A stretch of 64,000 bases of DNA from Nemertoderma westbladi. Taxonomy: Eukaryota; Animalia; Xenacoelomorpha. Where the stretch lies: NCBI GenBank assembly GCA_032718475.1, contig JAUCBJ010008295.1:62202-126201 (forward strand), in the 5' to 3' direction. The notes below the pieces were generated by a model that did not search any database, was not told where the DNA came from, and saw only the letters and a list, made by a program, of their open reading frames with translations. Shown here piece after piece: positions 21,922 through 32,408 of the stretch (within the stretch, counting starts at the first letter, position 1; each line of letters begins with the position of its first letter). The translations under genes were made by a program, and so were the position numbers.

Positions 21922-23052
21922 ATGATTGAGTTGATAGAAGATGATCTTGGTATCAGGGAGCGATATACTCTACCTTTACAAGCGTTTGTTGATAGCTTGA
22001 TACATGGCGACGCTGGTCCAACTGCTACGGAGGACGATGATCGTTATATCGAACCGCCAATGTCCCAAGAGCAGCTCACGCGTGAGTTGGACTATAAGAA
22101 ATTCACCGCTCGCTATACGCATCGTAATGGTACGTATGTGGACTTCTTAACTACTGGTCATCCTATCGATTTACACGATACGGACAATGTCGACACCAAA
22201 AGGGAAATGGTACGATTGAAATATCCTACCCAGCGGAGGCGGAACGATAAACCGAGAATGGAACACGAGAATTCTATTCGAATCAGACTCGAAAGAGAAG
22301 ACGTTGAGGAGCCGGATAAACGCAGCGACTTCAACGATTATCTGGAATTCCTGATAGAAACATATCTCAATATTGCCAGTCAACAAAATCTAGAAACTCA
22401 ATATCATCAAGGTATACATCATGACCGCATGGTAGAACTCAAATGGCTCGATTCCCCTATGATGTATCTTACCGCCGATCGACCGCTACCTGTTGTACCG
22501 AATAGCTTCGAACGGATGGAGGAATATTGTAAGCTGGAGAAAGATCACTCGCGTTTCCCCTATAAGACGTACGTTTTTGGGTATTATTGCGATGAATGCC
22601 CAAGACCCAACCAACAAACGGAAAGACATAAACATCCGCGGAGACGTTGCTTTAAACACGGTTTTACTCGCTATACTTACAGGAGTTTCGAGCGAAACTT
22701 GTTCAATGTATCACCTACGCTCGTTCGACTCAGACGATCCTTAAATAAACCAATGATCAGAGTTTCGGAATACTCGATCAGAGCTCCTCATTCCCTAGTG
22801 AGACCTCAGACTCTTGATCCTATTAGTATGACGGATCCTCCCGAGCTGTACTCACTGCTCAAAGATCTAGTGTTACCTGAACGATTAGTCGGTGGCACCC
22901 CAGTTGTGGGTTTCTTAGATATTAGCCCATCCTACCTAGCCGGATTGGGACGCGGACATTTAATATCGTCGTTTAACCCTTACCATCGTCCCGGCTTGAC
23001 ACGATATAACCTGTCACCAGAGTGGCGGAGAACGTTGTACCAAACGAGTTAA
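21922..23052 (+). CDS. E1 accessory ORF2, 376 aa, unknown function (no signal peptide or TM segment seen; Cys/His cluster)
   Basis: Long ATG ORF in the env position; first ~120 aa conserved with E2 ORF 26111..26509; YCDEC..HKHPRRRCFKH motif; preceded by TAGCAG|ATATG in both elements. Confidence 0.75.
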   Translation: MIELIEDDLGIRERYTLPLQAFVDSLIHGDAGPTATEDDDRYIEPPMSQEQLTRELDYKKFTARYTHRNGTYVDFLTTGHPIDLHDTDNVDTKREMVRLKYPTQRRRNDKPRMEHENSIRIRLEREDVEEPDKRSDFNDYLEFLIETYLNIASQQNLETQYHQGIHHDRMVELKWLDSPMMYLTADRPLPVVPNSFERMEEYCKLEKDHSRFPYKTYVFGYYCDECPRPNQQTERHKHPRRRCFKHGFTRYTYRSFERNLFNVSPTLVRLRRSLNKPMIRVSEYSIRAPHSLVRPQTLDPISMTDPPELYSLLKDLVLPERLVGGTPVVGFLDISPSYLAGLGRGHLISSFNPYHRPGLTRYNLSPEWRRTLYQTS

Positions 23053-23513
23053 ACGCTATTCTACAAAGATCAGAAAGGAAACCTACGTTTGTTCAGATAA
23101 ACGTAAGTTGTAGCAGCAAGTCCAAGCGATAAACGAATTGTCTTTATCTCAGTTCGATTGTGAAATCCAGAATCTCTAAGAAGATATCGCACTTAGACAA
23201 CCCCATTCTCTGCGAGAGTTTTTGGATGAACGTATCCAGCTACGAGCGGAGGAAAATCAGCTCGAGGAGAAGCATATCGAAACGGCGGATACCCCGACCA
23301 TAATCCTACACCTTCTGATGCAATCATATTGCACCCTTCACCCAGGATTTATAGCCCTCCTAGTAAAGTGGCTCCCCCCAAAGAGAAAGGGACTCTTGCT
23401 AGCCTCAAAAAACTACGTAAACGCCGTCTGCGTAAGAAAGACTAACTGTTTAGAGTATCTTTAGGTTTTAGAAACTGTGATTTTTATATTTTATAGACTG
23501 AAAATCCCATTTT

Positions 23514-23523
23514 CTGGGAGCGG
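23514..23523 (+). promoter_or_regulatory. E1 polypurine tract
   Basis: CTGGGAGCGG immediately before TGTAAAAG of the 3' LTR; identical in E2 (25143-25152, minus). Confidence 0.8.
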
Positions 23524-23888
23524 TGTAAAAGCCTTTGCTGAATTGCCCCGTTATTTTTATTATCTTTTACATTAAAATACTCTGTAGTTGATTTAATAGG
23601 TGTAAGAGACCGTATTATTGCTGTATCGGTGTTTTTTAGAGGATCCAAGACCTATTTCCTCTGTATGTGTACTGTGAAAGGCATAGTTGATGATTCTATG
23701 GCAATTCCATGACGCAAAGGGTGATAGCTACTCTTGAACAGTAGTTACTATGACTACGGTTAACAGCTGATATTCATACGTGTTGATTTTCTTTGTTCTA
23801 CGGCGTCTCTCAGTTCAGTCAGCCAATCAGAGCATTTTTATGGCTCTTGTAGAGAAATTTCCTAGAAATCACGTAATGCTTTATGTGC
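23524..23888 (+). repeat. E1 3' LTR, left fragment
   Basis: Matches 8760-9124; ends at TGTGC (E2 TSD). Confidence 0.96.
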
Positions 23889-25142
23889 TGTACGCGCTTT
23901 TGGAAGACCTTTAGCAGTTTAACCTGCCAAAATTTATATGTCTTTTGGTTTATCAATATACTTTAGAAGATGACAAATATTTAATACCAATAAACACAAC
24001 ATTAGCAGAAGCCAGCCTAGTGCGCGTCCATTCACCCGCTGGATATTCCCGGGAGACTGGATTCTGAGGGCTTAGATTATTATTGCAGTGAAGCTTACTG
24101 TATTATTCGATTGATCGTTAATAAATAATTTCTGACTAATATTATTCACTTTCGGGAAATATTAACAGTTCCTTTAGGACGTGGCGCTCTATCTAAGTAA
24201 ACAGAGATATGACTTATACTAATCACAACGGTAAGTCGGTAAGGCTTATGATTCACGTATGAGGCGCATTCTTTAGGAAATGCTTAGTTATCGGTCACAA
24301 TCATGCACACTACCGGTAACACACAATACTGCTCATTAATTTGCCGCCCGTCAATGTATTTTATCATATATAAAGGGAATAGCAACGGACCAATGTAGTG
24401 CTTATCAAATAGCATTAAATTCACTACAAACCACAACAATATAAGTCGCAATCGCTATATATATAACCCGTCTCTCTAACCTGTAGTGTATCAAGAAAAT
24501 TGGGAAATTTGGGTTCTTTATATATGTTCTCCAAATAATATTCAACCAAACACAACAGTAAATAGCAGTATAATAATGTATGTTGAACAGTAATAACAAC
24601 AAAGTATTGAATTGTGAATGGATTTGACTGATAACAGCCATACGCTCTATAATTTAAGCCTACTAATGTTTCTTCTTAAAGTATGAAAAGAATTAACTCT
24701 AGAGCCGGTGTTTCTGGCTTAGACAGCAATAACAACAAAGTACCAAGTAAAAAACAGTAAGACTGAACACTCTCCTTATGATCGGCCGAAAAGCTACACG
24801 TCGACAGGAAAAATCGCTCTGATTGGCTCAAGCCAAACAAAGAACCATGCGTCCAATGGCTGTTTCCATGTCAGCAACCAGCTGTTAGATGTCGTAATAT
24901 GAATCATCACGGCTAAGCTGTGAAAGGTAGTTGGTGCATTGCAGGCTTTTTGCCTTACCATGTCCGCCAAAACACGTATATAGCAGAATGACTTTTATGT
25001 CCGTTAAAACACCTGTAACGGTACCTTGAGGGCGAGGGGAATATTTATACAGTTAGAGAACCTTTTTAGAGTATTCCAGCGCCTGGGGGGAAACTGGATT
25101 GCGAAGCAAAAGGGCCAGTTATATCCCACAGAAGCTTTTACA
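23889..25142 (-). repeat. E2 3' LTR (1254 bp)
   Basis: Minus strand TGTAAAAGCTTC...GCGCGTACA, preceded by the PPT; about 4 differences from 34666-35919 seen by eye. Confidence 0.96.
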
Positions 25143-25220
25143 CCGCTCCCAGAAAATGGGATTTGAGTCTATACAATATACAAAATCACAGTTTCTAATA
25201 TACGTAAATACTCTAAACAG

Positions 25221-25553
25221 TTAGTCTTTCTTGCGCGGACGGCGTTTACGCAGTTTTTTAAAGCTAGCCAGAGTCCTTTCCTCTTTGGGGCGAGCCACTT
25301 TACAAGGAGGACTATAACTCCTGGGTGAAGGGTGCAATATGATTGCATCAGAGGGTGTAGGATTATGGTCGGTGTATCCGCCAGTCGAAGTACCGGGTTG
25401 ATTGACATCAACGTCAGGTGAGAGGGGTCTAACGGCTTTGAGAGCTCGTTTCAAGACAGCCGCTCTTACGGGTCCTTTACGAGTGGTCTGAACGAGGGCC
25501 GTGGGTGGACCATAGGCAGTTAGAAACCTCCGGGGTTTAATGGTCCTTTCCAA
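25221..25553 (-). CDS. E2 small basic ORF (110 aa) ending in an NLS-like KKLRKRRPRKKD
   Basis: The last ~53 aa match a reading frame in E1 ending at 23445 (GGYPDHNPTPSDAIILHPSPR...KKLRKRRLRKKD); start codon non-ATG, translation unproven. Confidence 0.4.
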   Translation of the reverse strand: MERTIKPRRFLTAYGPPTALVQTTRKGPVRAAVLKRALKAVRPLSPDVDVNQPGTSTGGYTDHNPTPSDAIILHPSPRSYSPPCKVARPKEERTLASFKKLRKRRPRKKD

Positions 25554-26509
25554 CTCGCGTTCGCGGGCTCGGTATTCGTAAGGCCGTCGATATACTTCCT
25601 GTAACTCGATATGCGTGATTTCTGTTCGACAGAAGCGAATAGATAAGGATGGAACGCATAAATTCCTTCGTAAGCGCGTCCAGGATAATAGCGATGGCGC
25701 GAATCACGATGTAAATCAGCGTTCGCTTCCCAAGCTCTAATGTAACGTAGTGTGATCATTTCATCTACGCTTTCCAAATCGCGATTAAAAGGGCAATCGA
25801 AACTGGCGTGTCCCTTTAGTTGACAATGGTGACATTGAGTCATAAATTGAGGGCAAACCGCAAAAATATGCAAATTATTAAATCCGCAATACGCGCAATA
25901 AATTTCCATCGTCGGTTGTTCGTGGAAATAGGAACAGCGGACGTTTGTGTCCATGGGCGTAACATGGTCTCTCGATGCGCATAACCGACAACGTTGCCGA
26001 GAAACATAGTTGGCATGGCGATAATCGTACGCAGTGAGACACTGTGGACCTTGATACCATTCTAGGATGTAATCGTTGTCGCTGTTCCGAGCGCGATAGG
26101 CTGAATCTCCTCAGATTCTAGGCATATTGGTTCGTCTTCCCAGTCTGTTACGAATAGAATTTTCGTGATCTATTCTCGGTTTATCGTTACGACGCCGCTG
26201 GGTATGATATTTAAATAGAACCATTTCCCTTTCGGTGTCTACATCGTCCGTATCATGTAAATCGATAGGATGGCCGGTAGTTAGGAGGTCCATATACGTA
26301 TTATTACGATGCGTATAGCGAGCGGTGAATTTTCGATAGTCCAATTCACGCGTAAGTTGCTCTTGGGACGTCGGCAGTTCGATATAACGACCATCGTCCT
26401 CCGTAATGGTTGGATCGGTTTCACCGCGTATCAAGCTATCCACAAATGCTTGCAAAGGTAGAGTATATCGCTCCTTGATACCAAGATCATCTTCTATCAA
26501 CTCCGTCAT
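25520..26509 (-). pseudogene. E2 accessory ORF2 with tandem zinc knuckles, interrupted by one in-frame TGA
   Basis: ORFs 26111..26509 and 25520..25954 share a frame, which is open between them apart from TGA at 26111-26113; encodes CRLCASRDH, CAYCGFNNLHIFAVC, CHHCQLKGHASFDC. Confidence 0.7.
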
Positions 26510-28137
26510 ATCTGCTATCTGAGTTTGTTAATATCGAAATGAGTTTATGTTTAGGCGAGCGGACGTCTCTGCCCACCTCTCTTTGCCCCCGGACAGTGGG
26601 ATCCTCAGCGCCGATGTACCGTTGTCGCGGTGTTTACGCCAACATGTAGCAACATTACGACAACGATAACCGGCACAAGTCACTCCACTGTCCATCCCAA
26701 AGGCTTGAATCCACTTTAGGTTCTTTCTATATGAGAGTTGGGTTACTTTCACAATTGCGACTAGCTACTGTAAACACACCTTAGCAGTAACATTCACTTA
26801 CAAACGCACAAATTCCACACAACTGTCACCAATTGTACATATACAGGCCATTTGTCCGTTAGTCAGTGCCTTCCAGAATGTCACGTTATTACTGTGTATC
26901 CTTGGATACTAACAGTGTGCTATATTCTCTATGCTATGCAATGGGACAAGCTTTCTATTGTTCTTTTAACTTGTTTCTAATTCTAGCGTGGGTGTTGCTA
27001 TGGTGACATTATGGAATGCTAGCGGTAGAATTAGGGTAATTCTCATGCATACAGATCTGGGATGCTATTTAATAATAATTCTTTAATTGTCAATATCCTC
27101 TTTATGCATGATTTTATTAATTTTATCGGCTATTGACTATATGTTGGAGATTCTCGCACTCTAATACACTCAATAGGATGAATCTCCGCTCCCATGATCT
27201 ATTAATTAATGGAATTTTGGGAATGTTATAAATTGTACAAAATGACAATTTATGCAATTCATTTAAAATATGAATTTGAATTTATTCCCGTGAATTTTAT
27301 TATTTGATGTTAAAATTGACACAATTTGATTCCAGAGCAAGTCTGGGGACATAGGATCCTTAATTCTATAAAATTGTCTTTTAAGAGTATCGGTAAGGGC
27401 TGCGATATCTTAATTGACTAGAAATTTCAAAGGACCTGAATTTTACAGATTTTTACTAAATATTAAATTAATATTTAAGATGGGCACCGATTTATTCCAG
27501 AACTTGTCTGGGGACGTTAACCACTGATTCTAGAATTTGTCTTTCAAGTATATCGGTGGGTGCCGCGATATCTTAATCGACTAGAATTACAGATGGTCAA
27601 AAGGTTTAACAGATTTATTTGCGTTTTACGCTACTGTTATAGGGACATCACGCTACTATAAGTATTATTTAATATAAGGTAGAAGAGCAATATCGCACGA
27701 AGCAATGTCAGTGTGAAGAGGCAAGTCGTTTCCAAGGTCTACCCAGAGCTTGGTTTAGCCGAGGCACGAGGATCTGAACTTTGCATTCCTAATACTCTGC
27801 CTACCAATAATACTTGAATATAGTAGTGGCTTTATTGTACTTTAATAAGTACGGACATTTCATCTTACTGTAGTCACGTATTTATAATATGATACGGACA
27901 GTAAGGAAAGAGAAAAATAATTATTTCTCGCCGTCCCACTAAATATATATTATAAGCAATTACGCACGCAATAAACACTAATATATTGCACTAATCTACT
28001 AAATAATCACTAAAATAACATTCTACTAAATAAAATTAAAGAAAACGATTATAATAAAATTACATAATAATACATACATAAATATAAAATAAAAACAAAT
28101 ATAAAATGATATAGTCACACGCCCACTCCACATGCTA

Positions 28138-29195
28138 TCACGTTATGGAGTCCCTAGATATTTGTCGGATTAGGGAAGTAGTCGTAGGAAGAGTATCTTG
28201 CCTTCCATAGTTTCCGGACAGTTTTCGGTCTCTTTCCAGTAAACATAAACGACTAGCTGGGCGATTGGGTGGTTGTGTTACTTTCTCCGCTCCCTTGGCC
28301 TGTCTAACCTCCGCCGTGGTAAGATGAGGAGGCCATTCTTCTTCTTCTTTACTTAAGAAGTCGGATCCACCTAACCAGCCTGGAGTATCTATCAGTTCTT
28401 GAGGAGTTGCTCCTCTGGAAGCGACGTCGGCTGGATTAATCGTCCCAAGGCAATGTCTCCATTGATCTACATTGGAGTTAATATCGTCATTATCTGAGGA
28501 GTATGGTGTTCCCTCAGTTGGATCGTCCACATCACTGCTCTCCACTTCCCATTCCTTTACTTGGTATACCTGTTGTTGAGGTAATCTCTCTTTGAGAGTT
28601 CTACGGGAAGGGCCAGTGAAGTACCAACCTACTCTAGTTCTTACCGCATAGGTTTGTAGTGGCTGCGGTTGAGCAGGCCGTTTCTCCAATGTCTCGAGCG
28701 CCTCATGCACGTTTTGGCCGATGAGTATTTGCACTCCAGGATAATCTGTCTGGAATCGAGGTATCTTAAGATGTTGGATGCTCTCATCCTCGTCCCAATT
28801 ATAAAGATCTGCTTGAGTAGTAGCGAAGTTCTTTATAGCCACCATTTTTACTGACCTTACACCTTGTGTTCCTAACTTATCCTGGGGGGTGGACAACACA
28901 CCTACATAGTAATCTGCCGTTAGGGTAGATTTCCAAACCTGCATAATTCCTGACATATTCAATTTAGTCCGGAACTTGGGTTGTCCAGCAAAGATATCTT
29001 CGGCTAGTTCTTGATCGATGAATGTTCCTGTGCTGCCGGAGTCAAGGAGGGCGTTCACTATGTAGCTTTTGTTAAGACCGTGAACTCTTACTTGAACTAC
29101 AGGAAATTCTCTGATTCCTACGTTGGAAGCTGGAGCTTTCCAAGATGGTTGTTTGTCAAAGGTGGTTGGGGGGAACTCCGTGTCGGTGTCTTTTC
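28138..29195 (-). pseudogene. E2 protease plus fused RNase H and integrase tail remnants
   Basis: ALLDSGST protease intact; jumps from SSDNDD to DQWRHCLGTINPADVASRG, then from GAEKV to NRPASRLCLLERD; out of frame with gag by a 1-nt deletion near 29191-29195. Confidence 0.88.
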
Positions 29196-32100
29196 GTACG
29201 TAAGTGCTCGATACACTGCGGTATTTATTAGATAACAGGATTCGTTGGCATCGGAGAATTCGTCCGTATAGAATCCTTCCCACTCAGAACTTTGGTCAGT
29301 GTCGTTCACATCACTGAATTGGACATGTGATTTGGGCTCACTTACCTGACTCGGGCTGTTTCGTTCGAATTCCGTGTGCAACAAGCTATGATGTTTCGCG
29401 CCGCACTTAGCACACCTTGCGTCAGAGTAACAGGTTCGCCGCTGGTGTCCGCGTCTGAGACAGTTATAACATAACCGCTTATCCCACAGGACTCCACGTC
29501 TATCTGCCATGGATTTCTTTAGGAATTCTGCACACGCACTCAAACGGTGGGGCCCGTCGCACAGCGCACATTTTGGTTTGATGTTACTCACCTTAACTTG
29601 GTTAACGTTCTGCACTCTCGTTCTTTCTTCGGGCTTTCTTCCGTGAATTCTCTTAGGAGACGTAGGAGGAGTTGTTGTTACCTGTTCTCTCCTGTCACTG
29701 GTTCGAGACTTGTATTTACTTACGTCTTTATAGGTCTTGTTGTCATAGTAAGATTTTGCTGTGTCTTTCCCGCTGTCCTCTTCTTGAGAAGCTTGGCTTT
29801 CGCCGTCGTCAGTATAACACACTGGTATTATCCTTCTCCTAGAAACGGGTTTCTCACTTACCTTATTTTCCGATGTTTTCTCTCTGGACTGCCTTATGAG
29901 TTGTAATTTTACTTCACTATCTAAGAAAGACATGAGATCAGCCATGGTAGGACTTCGTCGTTGTTGTTCATTCATGTACAACACTTTCTTGTCCCAGCGT
30001 GTACATACTCCACCCTTTGGTAAAGTAGAGACTACGGCTCCAATAACCATGGAACTCTGATATTCATGCGACTTACCTAACCAGTCCAGTTGTCTACAGA
30101 TCTCTTGAATTTCATCTGAAAACTCTATAATCCCGCTACTAAGGAAGTGTCTGGGGGCTACTAATTTTGCATACAAATACTTAGCTATGTTATCCTTGTT
30201 ACCATACCTGATGTTTAATGTATCCCAAACTTGTCTTAATCCATCTGGATGTCCAATAAACTTTAACGCCATTAACTTGGGAGGTCCTTCCAAGCACTTG
30301 ATGAGGAACCTAAGTTTCTCTCCGTTAGATAGCACAGAGTTCTGTATGCTGTCTTTGTAATATTCGTTGAAAGGTAACCATTTCATTTCGTCTCCATTGA
30401 ATTTGACGATCTCTCCCACTTTGACCGCTTGGCGGGCTTCTGTTCTAGCCATCTGACGCGTAAAGCTTTCTTGGGCCATCGTGTTATTTAATATCGAATT
30501 ATCGGTATATAAATTTCTCGGATCATTATCAGGTCTATAGGGAATATCATTAATAACAGGTCTATAATCACCCTTAATAGGGTTTGTTATAGGAGTTTCA
30601 ACTTCACTAGCAGTATAGATGCGTGTAGGCTCCACACCTTGCGCATGTAATACTTCAGACCTAACAGGTTGACACAATGTTACAGGGGGTATTGGTATGC
30701 CCCTTTGTATATTGACTAATTTATTGCGTTCTAGTGCGATACTTTGCTGCACTTCTTGCAACTCTGCTCTACCTTCCCTCACTGTTCCCTTAAGTTGGTG
30801 GACAGTCTCCTGCATCTGTCCTAGCAGGAGATTCATCCCCCACCGTCCCTCTTCCACCCACTCAACCGCCGAAGCGGGAGTCGCCAACATAGTAGCGGGC
30901 TGACGCGGGACGACGGGAGACAAATTTTTGATTTCTCTCTCTGCTATCTGGACAGGGATACTTGCATGGACTGTTCCACCGGGTACAGGTAGTGTGGTAC
31001 TATGTAAAGGGAATTTAGAGTTAAGCTCTGGAAGTGCAGGGGTCTCTAGCACAGAAGTGACTTTGGGAACAACAGGCCTAATTATTTCAGGTTCATCGAC
31101 TATAGTAGGGAGTCTTTTGACCTGGATAAATTGTTCTATGGGTTCTGCACTACCTAAGTCTGTGCTAGTTAGCTGTCTTTTAACAGCTGGGGGCAAATCA
31201 GGCAATTTGCGACGGTAAGATGTTTTTCTACGCCTACTTAGATGAGATCTATTTCCTCCGCCTTCAGGATCGGTGGTCTCGCCTTCCTCCGAGGATGTGT
31301 ATCCCTGGCGCTTGGGAGTAGATTTTCTCATCATCTGCATTTGATTAGCAGTAAACTGTTTATTTATACTGTCTTGTGTCTCTTGCAGATTTTCCAACTC
31401 CAGTTGGGTAGTCTGCTCAGAGGCTCTCCGTTCTGCTTCGGCCACTGCCCTTTCCGCCTTTGCTTCTGCCGCCGCTGCCTTTCTTTTTGCTTCTGCTTCT
31501 GCCGCCGCTGCCTTTCTTTTTGCTTCTGCTTCTGCCGCTGCTGCCCTTCCTTTTGCTTCTGCTTCTGCCGCTGCTGCCCTTGCTGCTATTCTTTCTGCTT
31601 CTACTTCTGCCGCCGCTGCCTTTCTTTCTGCTTCTGCTTCTGCCGTAGCCGCCGCCTTTTGTTCCTCTATCCTTCTTTTCTTTATTTGTTCTTCTCGGAC
31701 TCTAGTGAGGCGGAGTTTTTCATCACATTCAGCTTGGTTTGCAGCTAACATTTCGGCATCGATTGCGTCCAACACAAGCTTGGTTCCTTCACTATTAGGG
31801 GAAAGTCCAGACAGCCGTCTCCTCAACTCTTCGTCTCCTAGGAATCGCTGATAGTCGGACAAATAAATGTCGATAGCGTCTCTAGTTCGCGGCTTCTCTG
31901 CTGATGTTAATTCGCTTTCCACTTCGCTTTCCACCTCGCTTTCCACTTCGCTTTCCACCTCACTTTCCACTTCGCTTTCCACCTCACTTTCCACTTGAGA
32001 AGAAGTGGCGTCAGTTGATTCCCCACAGGCTGGCCGCCCATCATAAACCGTATCCGCCATCTTCGCTCCGCGTTCTGGCGTCCGCTCAACAGTATCCGAA

Positions 32101-32408
32101 CTACTGGAGCTATCGGGCCGCTGAGAACCAGGTTCTTGGCTAGGAGGTTGCTGCTGTTTTATAGCTTCTTCTTGATCCCGCTTGACTTGGGCCCGAGTGC
32201 TTATGGCAGACCAACGGCGCTTCGCTAACTTCGCAAATTGCGAAATCTTTTCTACCAACCTAGGTTCTGTCACAACCACTGCAGGGGTTGCCCTTCTTAC
32301 AGTATGAGGGGTTTCAGACCTCGGTCTGGGATTCTCTACACTTTGATCTGAGAAACAGGCTGTTGTTTCTAGGAGACTATCTGACAGAGTTTGCCTTGTG
32401 TCAGCCAT
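29118..32408 (-). CDS. E2 Gag (1096 aa)
   Basis: Colinear with E1 Gag, triple zinc knuckle intact; lacks ~180 aa of the E1 N-terminal region; has EVES (12-bp) and AAAAEAEAKRK (33-bp) repeat expansions. Confidence 0.92.
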   Translation of the reverse strand: MADTRQTLSDSLLETTACFSDQSVENPRPRSETPHTVRRATPAVVVTEPRLVEKISQFAKLAKRRWSAISTRAQVKRDQEEAIKQQQPPSQEPGSQRPDSSSSSDTVERTPERGAKMADTVYDGRPACGESTDATSSQVESEVESEVESEVESEVESEVESEVESELTSAEKPRTRDAIDIYLSDYQRFLGDEELRRRLSGLSPNSEGTKLVLDAIDAEMLAANQAECDEKLRLTRVREEQIKKRRIEEQKAAATAEAEAERKAAAAEVEAERIAARAAAAEAEAKGRAAAAEAEAKRKAAAAEAEAKRKAAAAEAKAERAVAEAERRASEQTTQLELENLQETQDSINKQFTANQMQMMRKSTPKRQGYTSSEEGETTDPEGGGNRSHLSRRRKTSYRRKLPDLPPAVKRQLTSTDLGSAEPIEQFIQVKRLPTIVDEPEIIRPVVPKVTSVLETPALPELNSKFPLHSTTLPVPGGTVHASIPVQIAEREIKNLSPVVPRQPATMLATPASAVEWVEEGRWGMNLLLGQMQETVHQLKGTVREGRAELQEVQQSIALERNKLVNIQRGIPIPPVTLCQPVRSEVLHAQGVEPTRIYTASEVETPITNPIKGDYRPVINDIPYRPDNDPRNLYTDNSILNNTMAQESFTRQMARTEARQAVKVGEIVKFNGDEMKWLPFNEYYKDSIQNSVLSNGEKLRFLIKCLEGPPKLMALKFIGHPDGLRQVWDTLNIRYGNKDNIAKYLYAKLVAPRHFLSSGIIEFSDEIQEICRQLDWLGKSHEYQSSMVIGAVVSTLPKGGVCTRWDKKVLYMNEQQRRSPTMADLMSFLDSEVKLQLIRQSREKTSENKVSEKPVSRRRIIPVCYTDDGESQASQEEDSGKDTAKSYYDNKTYKDVSKYKSRTSDRREQVTTTPPTSPKRIHGRKPEERTRVQNVNQVKVSNIKPKCALCDGPHRLSACAEFLKKSMADRRGVLWDKRLCYNCLRRGHQRRTCYSDARCAKCGAKHHSLLHTEFERNSPSQVSEPKSHVQFSDVNDTDQSSEWEGFYTDEFSDANESCYLINTAVYRALTYEKTPTRSSPQPPLTNNHLGKLQLPT

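Noticed and set aside
21922-23052. Envelope gene
   Set aside because: No hydrophobic signal or TM segment and no ectodomain-like Cys pattern; the protein is charged and hydrophilic.
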